64,000 nucleotides of DNA from an uncultured Bacteroidaceae bacterium (GCA_964574985.1 CAZNPH010000017.1:11923-75922), one strand, 5' to 3'. Shown: positions 29,784 through 39,710, counted from the first letter of the stretch. The notes: generated by a model not told the origin, from the sequence alone. A program made the numbers and translations.

Positions 29784-32012
29784 ATGAAAAAGAAAAGAAC
29801 TGAAAACCGGAAATTCAACCGAAATAGTTTTATCATTATTCTGGTGATTATACTGGCATGGCCATTGGCCGGAACCACCCGCGCATTTGCAGACATCCCC
29901 CCAAAACACCGGGATGCCGCTTACGCAGGGGAATCTTTTGTCCTGGAAAATGATCACCTGAGACTGGTCCTTTACAAACGCCCTGGCGGATGGGGATGGG
30001 GCGAACTATATGGCCCTGCCGGGGAAGGGACTGAACGGCAGTATATGGGCATTATTGAACACCTGGCCGAAGTGGATGTTGTCGGTCACATTCATGCATT
30101 GCGGCTTGAGGCCGATGAACTGGAGCTGCGTCAGGAGAACGGCCGGCAGGAACTGCATTTTGACCTGCATGTACAGACACCGGAAGAGGCCTGCTGGGTC
30201 TGGGGCAATGCCAACGCGGTCGAAGGCAAACTTGTCCTGACCCTGCCCGACAACGAACCCCGGGTGAACTACCGGCTGGAGGTATACCCTGAATTCCGGC
30301 TTTTCTACCGGAACGTCCGTGGCCCCTGGCTGAGAGTAGGTGCCTATGATTTCGGAGACGAACGGACCGATGCCATGTTCCCGGGACTGGAATGGCTTAC
30401 CGGGAATGAATGGTCAAGCGGTACGGATTTTCATTCCATTGAGAATTCCCCCCGGTGGACACCACATCCGCATAAAGTCCATATCCCCATGATGGTTATC
30501 AGCCACCGGGGCCTGGCGGTGAGCCTGACCTGGCCGGCAAGACAGAACAATGTTGACGTGTTTAGCCGTATGCAAGGATTGCAGCCCGTTTTCGCATCGC
30601 CTAATTTCATTGATCGCCGCAGCGAACATTTGATGGGGCTGATGTTGCCGACGGTGGTTTCGGGCCTGGATGAGAATACCCTGGAAGCAGACCCTCCCGT
30701 TATGATGCCAAGAAGACAGGGTCTGCAAATGGAAGCCGGTATTGAAGTTCACCGGGGCAGGAGCATGGATGCCGTGCTTGCCTGGATCGACAGGAACGGA
30801 ATGCCTGAACCCGGTGAACCCCGCTGGGACTGGCAGGAGGCCCTGGACAAAATAGCCCGCGCGTACAATACGCATTTCTGGGAAGAAGGGAAGGGATGGA
30901 CGTATCGCAGAAACCGCAATCTGAGCTGGGTACTGGCCAAAGAAGCGGGCGAAGAATGGCTTCATCACCCCCATATGTATCCCCACTTCATCGACTGGTA
31001 TATTGAAAACGGGCGGGACCGGGAGTTGGCGGCCGGACTCAGGAAGAAGGCACGGTGGTGCCGCGGTCAGCCAGGCTATACCGGCAGATCCGCCGGGGGG
31101 AAGAAAATCCCCGGGATCCTGGAAATGTTCCGGTGGTATACGGATGAGCAATTGCGGGAACTGGGTGATTTCTATCTCGGGATGCAGGAGGATAACGGCA
31201 ATTTCCCCTTCGATCCGCGGGGAAGGCATCAAACCGTACATTTGAAAATGGCAAGCCGCTGGCGCCCAATGGGCCAGCCGGGAGATTCTGCACTGGATTT
31301 GTGTATGACACCTGCCATCGCACTGTTGCAGATCGGGGACCTGTTTGATGAGCAGGAATATCTTCGGGCAGCAAGAAAAACTCTTGACTATGCCATGCAG
31401 TGGGAACGGCCTGAAGGGGGTGACTGGTGGGAAACGCCTCTGCATGCACCCAACCTGCTAACGGCAGGACATGCAGCAATGGCCTACTGGATGGGGTATC
31501 AGGTGTTCGGTGAGAAGAGATACCTTGACCGGGCAGTATATTTCATGCGCGGCGTATTGCCCTTCACCTATCTCTGGGAACCCCCGGGAAAATCACTTTT
31601 ATATGATACAAAACCGCTCTACGGGACCACCGGCTGGCACTATATGGCCTGGACCAACCGGTGTGTGCTTTGGCAGATCCTCCGGATATTCAACCGGTCA
31701 CAGCAAATCGGTTTTCACTGGGATACGGTAGATTCCGGTGTCGATTGGGATACCTACCGCAGGGGAGTGGCTGCGGCCGGACTCGAATGGCTGGTGGATC
31801 ATGAAGATCCGGAATGGATGAGGAGATGTGAAAGCCGTGATGAAGAGGTTTTGGGGGGATTGGCCGACATGGCCATGGCCGATGTACACGATCCGGTGGA
31901 CGATATGTTCGGCGGATTGGGCTTCCGGCTGGAACCGGCTCCCCTGGCTGCCATCATCATTCAACTGCTGAATGCATCGGAAAAATCTCAATTAAGAAAA
32001 TTGAAAATATGA
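29784..32012 (+). CDS. Exported hypothetical protein with a probable C-terminal (alpha/alpha)-barrel
   Basis: Signal peptide and a beta-rich N-terminal half. The helical C-terminal half has EYLRAARKTLDY and YLDRAVYF repeats plus PEGGDWWETPLHAPNLL. Confidence 0.7.
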   Translation: MKKKRTENRKFNRNSFIIILVIILAWPLAGTTRAFADIPPKHRDAAYAGESFVLENDHLRLVLYKRPGGWGWGELYGPAGEGTERQYMGIIEHLAEVDVVGHIHALRLEADELELRQENGRQELHFDLHVQTPEEACWVWGNANAVEGKLVLTLPDNEPRVNYRLEVYPEFRLFYRNVRGPWLRVGAYDFGDERTDAMFPGLEWLTGNEWSSGTDFHSIENSPRWTPHPHKVHIPMMVISHRGLAVSLTWPARQNNVDVFSRMQGLQPVFASPNFIDRRSEHLMGLMLPTVVSGLDENTLEADPPVMMPRRQGLQMEAGIEVHRGRSMDAVLAWIDRNGMPEPGEPRWDWQEALDKIARAYNTHFWEEGKGWTYRRNRNLSWVLAKEAGEEWLHHPHMYPHFIDWYIENGRDRELAAGLRKKARWCRGQPGYTGRSAGGKKIPGILEMFRWYTDEQLRELGDFYLGMQEDNGNFPFDPRGRHQTVHLKMASRWRPMGQPGDSALDLCMTPAIALLQIGDLFDEQEYLRAARKTLDYAMQWERPEGGDWWETPLHAPNLLTAGHAAMAYWMGYQVFGEKRYLDRAVYFMRGVLPFTYLWEPPGKSLLYDTKPLYGTTGWHYMAWTNRCVLWQILRIFNRSQQIGFHWDTVDSGVDWDTYRRGVAAAGLEWLVDHEDPEWMRRCESRDEEVLGGLADMAMADVHDPVDDMFGGLGFRLEPAPLAAIIIQLLNASEKSQLRKLKI

Positions 32013-33331
32013 AAGTATTACTGATTGGCCGCTGGGGGAAAACCCATGCCCTGGGGAAAGCCCTGGCGAAAAGCAAGGACGTAGTCCTGCATTCCCTGAT
32101 GGACAAAAAAAACAACGGGATAGCAGAAATCTCCCGGCATTATGCGCTGTGTGACATCCGAAATGTCAATGAGATCGAAAAATATGTGATAGAACATAAG
32201 ATCGAAATGATCGTGGTGGTTCCCGAACTGGCTTTGGAACAAGATATTACCACGTATTTTATTGAAAAGGGCATACCCTGTGTAGGCCCCACCGAATTTT
32301 GCACCAAACTGGAAGCTGACAAAGGTTTCGTAAGGAAATTGATGGAAGAATTCAACATCGATGCTTCACCGGTTTTTAAGGTATTTGATGACAAGGCAGA
32401 AGCGACCGGCTATATTAGGAGTTGTTCGTTCCCTGTCGCGGTTAAGCCCGCCGGCATTACTGAAGGAGACGGGGTTAAGGTCATGGGTATACAGATAGAG
32501 GGCAGGGACGAGGCCGCTCGATATGTTGAAGAGGTTTTCGATCGATCCATCGGTGAATTGCCCGGTGTGGTCATTGAAGAAAAGATCAGGGGAGAGGAAT
32601 ATACGCTGCAGTTTTTCTGTGACGGGGAACACGTCATACCGATGCCGGCGGTTCGTGATTATAAACTCCTGGAAGAAGGGGACAGGGGGCTGAATACCCC
32701 CGGCATGGGATCCTATTCCTGTGCCGATCACATGCTCCCTTTTCTCAGCAGGCAGGATTTTGAAAAAAGTGTGACCATCATTAAAAGAATACTTGATGCG
32801 CTAAAGGAAAAGCACAACGAAAAATTCAAAGGATTTTTGTCCGGGCAATATATGCTGACTGCCGATGGTGTCAAATTAATTGAGATCAATGTAAGGCCAG
32901 GTGATTCTGAAATACTCAATATGGTGCCCATCCTCGGGACCGACTTTCTTCAGATATGCATGTCCATTTATGAAGGAAGTCTTGATGAGGCCGGAATTTC
33001 ATTTGAGGAAAAAGCAACCGTTTGCAAATATGCTGTACCGGAAGGATTCCCGACCCCTTCCGGAAATGTTGCCGTACAGATAGACAGAAAGAGGATCGGT
33101 CAGATTGGCGCACACTTATTTCAATCCTGTTTTGAGGCAGGGGAGGGGATCTACGAACCGAGTCCGCGCCTCTTTGCCATCACCGGTACCGGGGATACCC
33201 TGGCGGAAGCATACGAAAATTGCGAGGAAGGCCTTTCCTGTATCCGGGGCGATCGCATCTTTCACCGGAAAGACATCGGGACACCGGAACTCACCGGTGC
33301 ATACAAAAGATTCAATTTTATTAACAGATAA
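32009..33331 (+). CDS. Divergent, archaeal-type phosphoribosylamine-glycine ligase (PurD)-like ATP-grasp enzyme
   Basis: PurD architecture (LEADKGF.R, AVKP.G, VVIEE, DYK...GD.G.NT.GMGSY, EIN.R.GD.E, TVCKYAVPEGFP, RKDIG) with altered substrate loops. Confidence 0.8.
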   Translation: MKVLLIGRWGKTHALGKALAKSKDVVLHSLMDKKNNGIAEISRHYALCDIRNVNEIEKYVIEHKIEMIVVVPELALEQDITTYFIEKGIPCVGPTEFCTKLEADKGFVRKLMEEFNIDASPVFKVFDDKAEATGYIRSCSFPVAVKPAGITEGDGVKVMGIQIEGRDEAARYVEEVFDRSIGELPGVVIEEKIRGEEYTLQFFCDGEHVIPMPAVRDYKLLEEGDRGLNTPGMGSYSCADHMLPFLSRQDFEKSVTIIKRILDALKEKHNEKFKGFLSGQYMLTADGVKLIEINVRPGDSEILNMVPILGTDFLQICMSIYEGSLDEAGISFEEKATVCKYAVPEGFPTPSGNVAVQIDRKRIGQIGAHLFQSCFEAGEGIYEPSPRLFAITGTGDTLAEAYENCEEGLSCIRGDRIFHRKDIGTPELTGAYKRFNFINR

Positions 33332-33341
33332 TGAAAATTCC

Positions 33342-33818
33342 ATGGACGTAATCACTCCGTCTGACGATGATATTCCGGAAATTCACCGGCTGATCGGTGA
33401 GCTGAAGGGATTGGTCCGGCACCCGGTCCATTTTTACAGCATCATGATCCGGTATTTCAGGAATTCATTTTTTATTATTAAGGAAACCGGCAAAATCATC
33501 GGTTTTGTCTGGGGTTTCGTATCCCAGACAGATCCCGGTGTATTGTTCCTGTGGCAGATCGGCGTGGCCAAACCGTTTTGGGGGAAGAAAATTGCACACA
33601 AGCTCATTGAACGCTTCATTGAATGTGCAAGAGAACATGGCTGCATAAAGGTTCATGCCACCGTTGAAACCGGGAATTTTGCATCATGGAAGATGTTCGA
33701 AAAAATGGGATTCAGGAATATCAGCTCAGGCAATACCATTGTTGAAAACGGGCGGAAAGCCATGGTCAATTATTACGGAAGCGGGACCAACCAGATCCTG
33801 TATGAATACACTCTGTAA
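33342..33818 (+). CDS. GNAT acetyltransferase (EctA/diaminobutyrate acetyltransferase-like)
   Basis: GFVWGFVSQTDPGVLFLWQIGV..FWGKKIA and ATVETGNFASWKMFEKMGF. The likely start is ATG 33342, not 33105. Confidence 0.8.
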   Translation: MDVITPSDDDIPEIHRLIGELKGLVRHPVHFYSIMIRYFRNSFFIIKETGKIIGFVWGFVSQTDPGVLFLWQIGVAKPFWGKKIAHKLIERFIECAREHGCIKVHATVETGNFASWKMFEKMGFRNISSGNTIVENGRKAMVNYYGSGTNQILYEYTL

Positions 33819-33897
33819 TTTTGATCATTGAATGCAATCAACTATGCTGGTCTATCTTCCTCAATGATGGCAAAATCAATTGTCTCTGTATTGGTTT

Positions 33898-34200
33898 TCA
33901 TGGCGAGTCCGGCCCTGCTTCGGGATAATCATCCGGCAACATTTCGTTTTCTCTTTGCAGGGCATGACTCCTGATGGTGTAAGGTACTTTGCCGTCTCCG
34001 TGAGGATTTACAGGACACTGGCAATGAGCAAATGTAACTGCATCATGTAGTCTGTCTATACCGGTAACATCTCCGATGAAGCTGGGCTTCCCTGTAACGT
34101 GGATGCCGAATAACCCGGGTAATCAGACTTTTGATGGTTATGCCGTCTGCATGATATTTCGCCATCAGCTTTTTCATTCCCCAGTACATCCTTGCAGCTT
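33898..34200 (-). pseudogene. Fragment of an L-fucose-isomerase-like protein
   Basis: KAARMYWGMKKLMAKYHADGITIKSL, then in a shifted frame TGKPSFIGDVTGID..VTFAHCQCPVNPHG..PYTIRSHA. Confidence 0.5.
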
Positions 34201-34289
34201 TCACTTATTTCGATAAATATTCCCCGCTGGAACCTTCGGGACTGAAAGGGCCGGTCCGTCTCAGAATATATGGCAGGAACAGCCGGTAA
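34200..34289 (+). pseudogene. C-terminal tip of a glycoside hydrolase gene (GH106/GH2-type)
   Basis: YFDKYSPLEPSGLKGPVRL..* matches the typical PSGLxGPV terminal motif. Confidence 0.45.
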
Positions 34290-34300
34290 GCATACCCGGG

Positions 34301-35416
34301 TCAGACCCGGCCGGTGATCACCAGCGACAACAGGCCCAGTCCGATCACAAGCATGACCAGTCCGGTGATCAAATGGATCCTTCCGCGGTTTTCCTTTCTC
34401 ATCATTTCCACCCTGGCCGTGGTGGTCAGTCCGTACCCCACACCCAGGGTTATGATGATGAAAGGCAAAATGAAAATAAGGTTGTAGATGAGCAGGAGCC
34501 ATATGGCCAGCATCCGGGAGGCGGATTCGCTGAGCATGCCGATTACCACGATGTAAGGTCCGGAAGTACAGGGCAGAAGGAATATACTGACCAGAAAACC
34601 GATCCCAAAGGCCCCGGGAACCGAAGTGACCCCGGAAGTGATCTTCTGTACCCTGGGTTGCCAGGACCGGGGCACTTCCATGCTGAACCATTTTTCCGGC
34701 CAGAGGGCATCCTTGATGTTGGCCAGTCCGATCAGAACGGCCAGCACGGAAACCACGATGTATATGGTTTGCTGTATGCCTGCGATGCTTATGGCTGCAT
34801 ACAGCCCAAGGCCCATCAACAGGTAGGATATGAAGGTTGAAGCGGTGAATGCCAGGCCCGCCCTGATGACCCGGCTTTTGTTCCTTTTTCCCACCATGAT
34901 GGTGCCCAGGAGCAAGGCCAGCACGGCACAGGCACAGGGATTGATGGCATCCACGGCTGCGGCGCTCAGTACAGCCGGAATGCTGATCCTGCGGGTGACG
35001 GATTTCTGTTCCGGCAGGAGGGTCAGGGGTGAAGGGGCACCGGTCCGCAAGGCTTTTCTCACCGATTCTTCAATGGCCCGGAGAGATGTTCTTTCATCGC
35101 CGGCAATGAGCGTATCTCCGACCACGATGGACGGGGTGGTGATCCTGGTATCGTAAAGAGCTGCAAAGCGGCTCAGGAGTCTGGCATTTTCCGGATCGTG
35201 GATCTCGAATTTTTTGATTTCCACCGGGTAAACGGACCTGATCCTTTGTTCCAGGAACCTTTCCACCCTGGCGCAGTGCGGACAGCCGGCTTCATAAAAC
35301 ATCAGCACTTCCATGGGGTTTTCCCCGGTGGTTTTGTTATCAGCAGATCCTGCAAGGAAGAAAACAGAACAAATCAACAGGGCAAATACACTTATATATT
35401 TATTCTTTCCGGTCAT
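34301..35416 (-). CDS. Glutaredoxin/thioredoxin-fold + CcdA/DsbD-type transmembrane electron-transfer protein
   Basis: Signal peptide and CPHC. TM domain with DAINPCAC and LPCTSGPY. Likely start ATG 35416. Confidence 0.82.
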   Translation of the reverse strand: MTGKNKYISVFALLICSVFFLAGSADNKTTGENPMEVLMFYEAGCPHCARVERFLEQRIRSVYPVEIKKFEIHDPENARLLSRFAALYDTRITTPSIVVGDTLIAGDERTSLRAIEESVRKALRTGAPSPLTLLPEQKSVTRRISIPAVLSAAAVDAINPCACAVLALLLGTIMVGKRNKSRVIRAGLAFTASTFISYLLMGLGLYAAISIAGIQQTIYIVVSVLAVLIGLANIKDALWPEKWFSMEVPRSWQPRVQKITSGVTSVPGAFGIGFLVSIFLLPCTSGPYIVVIGMLSESASRMLAIWLLLIYNLIFILPFIIITLGVGYGLTTTARVEMMRKENRGRIHLITGLVMLVIGLGLLSLVITGRV

Positions 35417-35478
35417 TATTACTGATCGGTAAATTCCTTTTATTAAGCCGGTTAAGGTTTGGGAGGGGTTCCGGTAGT

Positions 35479-36246
35479 TTACCTGGGGCCCTCGATGATG
35501 AACCGTTCCCCGTATCTGCGTTTCCATTCCCCGATCCCTCCGATGATGCTCAGCGCCTCCGTGTAACCATTGTTCTGCAGTTCCAGGGCCAGTTCATCGC
35601 TTTCCTTTCCTTCGTCAGAGTACAGGTAGATCATAAAGTCCTTGGGTAACATGGAGACCCAGTCCGCCACCCCGGCCGCGGGCACATGGATGGCGCCGGC
35701 AATATGGCCCTTCCGGAAAGTTCCTGAATCCCTGATATCCACCAAAACAAAGAAATTATAATACAATTCACCGATGGGAACCTGATGTGCCTTGACAGGC
35801 AGAACATCGGCAGTTACACTCAATGTCATGGGGCTGTGTTCGGGATTGCCGTAGCGTACTTTCACTTCCCGGGTTGGTTTTTGCCCTCCGTATCCCAGGG
35901 TTTCAAAAATAAACTCCAGTTTGGCCGAATCGCCCGCGGCAAGGTAAGACACCTCGGATACGGCTGTGCATCCGCCCTGGGAGAGGTCGTGCACGGATAT
36001 GTTCTTTGCATCGGCCTTTCCTTCATTGACCAGGGTGAAGGTTACGCTGGTCCGTATGCCCTCCCTTATTTCCCCAAGGTCCCTGACTGCTCCGTCCCTT
36101 ACCGTGAGTCTGGGCAAAGGCTGCCCTGCCGGCAATTCCTCTTTCCGGACCTGCTTTTCCTTTCCCGGATCATCCTTCTGTTTCTTATTTGCACAGCCGG
36201 AAGCAATGAAAATAAGCAGAATACAGGCAATGGCTCTGATATGCAT
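35479..36246 (-). CDS. Lipoprotein with DUF1573-like Ig domain and rhodanese-like domain
   Basis: Lipobox IASGC. DLGEI..FTLVNEG..GCT, then LVDIRD..FRKGHIAGAIHVP..GGIGEW. The active-loop Cys is replaced by Ser (YSDEGKES). Confidence 0.75.
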   Translation of the reverse strand: MHIRAIACILLIFIASGCANKKQKDDPGKEKQVRKEELPAGQPLPRLTVRDGAVRDLGEIREGIRTSVTFTLVNEGKADAKNISVHDLSQGGCTAVSEVSYLAAGDSAKLEFIFETLGYGGQKPTREVKVRYGNPEHSPMTLSVTADVLPVKAHQVPIGELYYNFFVLVDIRDSGTFRKGHIAGAIHVPAAGVADWVSMLPKDFMIYLYSDEGKESDELALELQNNGYTEALSIIGGIGEWKRRYGERFIIEGPR

Positions 36247-36296
36247 TTGCACCCCCTTCCTGAAAGTTTGTTTGAAGCCTGAAGGCCGGTTGATGT

Positions 36297-38615
36297 CTAT
36301 TTGAATACAATTTTCCATTCCGCCGGGGCTTCCGTTCCGGTGAACGCAACCTCAAGTGTTCCGTCGGCATTGATGCCATGTGTGACTTCGCCGGCAGTGG
36401 ATTCGGCACCGGCAAATTCATAATTGTCAGGGACATGGATGAACAATGCATACCGGTCGCCAGGGACCGTCTCTGAAACGCCCGCGAGGGATTTTTCTTC
36501 CCCGTTCCAGTTTATTTCCCGGATACTGTAAGCGGCGGTCAGGTGCCTGGAAGTGGCCAGCAACTGGGGGATGTCGGCTGCTTTTTTAATGATCAGGGCC
36601 TTTGTGCCGTGGGCAGGCACTTCTTCCTGTATCTTTCCGTTTGACACCCCGAGAAGCCAATTGTCCCAATAGTCGTAAACCAGGTAATCATTTCCGGCTT
36701 CCAATCCCAGATCTTCCTGCAGGTCGAGTGTTTTTTCAGCCGTTTTACCCTCCCAGTTGTACAAGGCCACCACATCATACATGCCTGAAGCCGCGTTGAC
36801 TTTCAGGTCCAGTGCCCTGGGATATTCCTCGGGTTTCGGGCAACAAGCGGCCTTTGCCTTGAATGGATAGAGGTCCATGGCCCGGATGGGCATGGTGGGC
36901 ATGGTTTTTCTGTATAATTCGAGTTTGTCGCCGGGCAGGGCTTTTACCTTTTCGGGATACCGGCTGGCCCAGCCTATATGGTAATCGCTGTGCAGAAAAT
37001 TCTGAAGCCTTTCCCTGGAGAAATCGGCAATAAAATCACTGATGATATATGCCTGGCCGGAAAGGGAGATGGAACTGACAATGGTTTTGGCCTCGTCCAT
37101 GGTCAGCGGGTCCCTGATCATCACATCATCCGGATCGGACCACCAGCATATCCCGTTCAGCCAGTTCGCTCCGAACAGGGAATTAAAGTAGGTTTGCATG
37201 CCGTCCGTAAAATGACCTTCTCCGGTCCACTGGGCGTAATCGTCCCCGCCGGTACGCGATCCGTCAAAAAAACCGAAACCCACTCCGATTTCATGCATGG
37301 CACATCCGACAATGTAATTGTCGTCTCCCATGGCTTCCCGGATGGCGGCCTGGGCATTCCGGTAGGCTTCCCGGCTGTCCATATCGGGATTGAAGGCGTT
37401 TTCCCTGTTTTCCTCGTAATAATTCATCCAGGTGCCCCAGCCGGCATCCTTCAGATAGTCGAGGCCCCATTCGTTCACCAGTGTTTGGAAAAGCGGGGTC
37501 AGATGCTTTTCGATCACTTCCGGATTGGTATAATCGAGTCTGACTACCGTCTTATCCGCCGTGCAGCATGCACCCGAAAGGTTTCCCAGTGAGTCCCTGA
37601 GGAAGAATTCTTCAGGGTATTTGTCGCTCATGGAGGGATTTGCATAATTGTCACCGTAGACATTTATCCAGAGTCCCGGTTTCAGTCCTTTTTCCCTGAT
37701 ATGACTGAACCACCACTTACCCCCGTCGGGATACATTTCCTTGTTCCATTCCAGCCAGTTGGCCTGTTCCCCCCGGGTAAACGCCGCATCCAGTTGCACA
37801 TATTCGAGTCCGTATGCCTTCAGTTTCTCAGCCAGGGCATCGGTCTCCGAGACCAGGTCTTCCTGTGTGGGGGCCATATAGTAGCAATACCAGCTGCTCC
37901 ATCCGGTGGGCGCCGTTTCGAATCTTTCGGGAATGGGTTTGTATACGGGCTTGAATTCCGTTTGCTGATTATCGGCGAGTCCGATTACCCGGGTGTAGTA
38001 ATCCCTGGCCACAATAAATTCCTTGTGGTCGGTTACCGGCACCTGTATATCCATCAGCGTGTGGTCGTCTTTGTTTCGTGACAGTTTGCTTCCCCGGGTA
38101 AAGCGGATCATTATATCGGTTTCCATGTCAAACAGGTTGTATATATTGGTGGCGGAAACAAAACCCATCTGAGTGTACATGATCCCGTTGTCCTGTTGGG
38201 CGATCCGTGCGGGGATCCTTTTTTCACCGGCCGGTGCGGTCCCTGTAATGATCCCGTTGTCAGCCGAACAGAAAACATTGATGCCCGATTCCGAAATGAT
38301 GAATTTCCACTCGGTTTCTTCGGGTTTTTCGGTGTCGATGACCAATTCTCCGTTTTCTTCTGTCAATGACCAATCCGAAAGAGGGATCATTTCATTTCCG
38401 TCTTTCAGATTGAGCCGCACCTGGGTGGCTATCTCATCCAGTCCGTCCACCGCAATGCTCAGGGTACTGGTTGCCGGATCGGCGTTAATGATCCAGCCAT
38501 ATTGTTCATACTGTGTCGTTTTCCGGCATCCTGCCATGATCAGCAGCATGACCGGTACAAACATAATGGTTCTTAATGAATGTTTCATTTTTCCGGGGAT
38601 TGATGATTCTTTCAT
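36297..38615 (-). CDS. GH36/GH27-like alpha-galactosidase lipoprotein
   Basis: Lipobox MAGC. Motifs PTGWSSWYCY, YVQLD, GLKPGLW, LDYTNP, YLKD, SRTGGD and DPD. Likely start ATG 38615. Confidence 0.8.
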   Translation of the reverse strand: MKESSIPGKMKHSLRTIMFVPVMLLIMAGCRKTTQYEQYGWIINADPATSTLSIAVDGLDEIATQVRLNLKDGNEMIPLSDWSLTEENGELVIDTEKPEETEWKFIISESGINVFCSADNGIITGTAPAGEKRIPARIAQQDNGIMYTQMGFVSATNIYNLFDMETDIMIRFTRGSKLSRNKDDHTLMDIQVPVTDHKEFIVARDYYTRVIGLADNQQTEFKPVYKPIPERFETAPTGWSSWYCYYMAPTQEDLVSETDALAEKLKAYGLEYVQLDAAFTRGEQANWLEWNKEMYPDGGKWWFSHIREKGLKPGLWINVYGDNYANPSMSDKYPEEFFLRDSLGNLSGACCTADKTVVRLDYTNPEVIEKHLTPLFQTLVNEWGLDYLKDAGWGTWMNYYEENRENAFNPDMDSREAYRNAQAAIREAMGDDNYIVGCAMHEIGVGFGFFDGSRTGGDDYAQWTGEGHFTDGMQTYFNSLFGANWLNGICWWSDPDDVMIRDPLTMDEAKTIVSSISLSGQAYIISDFIADFSRERLQNFLHSDYHIGWASRYPEKVKALPGDKLELYRKTMPTMPIRAMDLYPFKAKAACCPKPEEYPRALDLKVNAASGMYDVVALYNWEGKTAEKTLDLQEDLGLEAGNDYLVYDYWDNWLLGVSNGKIQEEVPAHGTKALIIKKAADIPQLLATSRHLTAAYSIREINWNGEEKSLAGVSETVPGDRYALFIHVPDNYEFAGAESTAGEVTHGINADGTLEVAFTGTEAPAEWKIVFK

Positions 38616-38691
38616 TTTTGTTGGCTTAAAAATAAGATAAATGAATGAAAAATACTGATGTTTACATAAAAAAAATTGATACATACGATAT

Positions 38692-39570
38692 TTATATTTC
38701 CACACCAAAAAGCTTGCGGGCACCGATGCCTACCAGAAAACTGATGGCGGCAACGGATAATGAAATGGCGGTCATTTCGGCGAACCGTCCCCATAAGCCC
38801 AGGCCTTTGGCCGTGGTGATATAAAAATTGTATGACAGGATGATCACAATGCTCAGTATCAGCATCAGCCCCAGGGCCCGGTATACATTACTCACCAAAA
38901 GGTAGGGCAGAATCAGGACAAGAACGGTCGCAATGTATGCCACCCCGGTATAGACAGCTGATTTCACGGGGCTTTTGGTTGATGTTCCGTCTGCTTCTTC
39001 ACGGGAGGACAATAGTTCTGAAGCGGCCATGGACATGGATGCGGCAATTCCGGTAATGAATCCGGCCATGGCAATGACCCTGCTGTCCTGAAGCGCAAAT
39101 GTGAGTCCGGCCAGCGCCCCGGTCAGTTCTACCAGCGCATCGTTGAGTCCGAGCACTATGGACCCTGCATACTTGACCGGTTCCTCCTCGATGAGTCCGA
39201 GCAACTCAGCTTCATGTTTCTGTTCGTCCATTATCACATCCGCCATTTCAGGCAATTCAGCCTTAAGTTCTGAATACACGCCCTGGGTTACATGCTCACC
39301 CCGTTCCATAAGCCTGAGTCCGAACGACAAACCGAATACACGTGAAATGAACAGATACCAGAATATTCTGAATTTCCGCGGGTGCACCTCCGTTTTTGTG
39401 AAACCTTTGAAGAATTTGCAGTGGTCCAGTTCGTCGCCGGCAATGCGCTCAAGGACCTCACGGTTTTCCTTTTTCCTTGTGTGTCCCGCGAGTTTTCTGT
39501 AAATGTGGTGTTCGGTGATCTCGTTTCGCTGGGCGGCCAGCAGTTCTTTCCGGGGGATTTTCGGGTCCAT
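38692..39570 (-). CDS. Rubrerythrin/ferritin-like + VIT1/CCC1 iron transporter
   Basis: ExxH diiron-like motifs (ELDH, EQKH). VLGLNDALVELTGALAG and SMAASE are followed by TM helices. Confidence 0.88.
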   Translation of the reverse strand: MDPKIPRKELLAAQRNEITEHHIYRKLAGHTRKKENREVLERIAGDELDHCKFFKGFTKTEVHPRKFRIFWYLFISRVFGLSFGLRLMERGEHVTQGVYSELKAELPEMADVIMDEQKHEAELLGLIEEEPVKYAGSIVLGLNDALVELTGALAGLTFALQDSRVIAMAGFITGIAASMSMAASELLSSREEADGTSTKSPVKSAVYTGVAYIATVLVLILPYLLVSNVYRALGLMLILSIVIILSYNFYITTAKGLGLWGRFAEMTAISLSVAAISFLVGIGARKLFGVEI

Positions 39571-39710
39571 TTATACGGGATTTTGGTTGAATTTTATTTT
39601 TGTGCTTAAAAATATTTATCTCCGGAAGTTATAAAAAAAACCTGGTATGAGAATCAGGTCGGTTAGAAGCAGATCGGAATTATTTAATGTATTTTTGAAA
39701 AAACAGGTTA

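Noticed and set aside
32009-33331. Assigning the symbol purD
   Set aside because: The substrate-binding loops are altered and there is no purine-pathway context.
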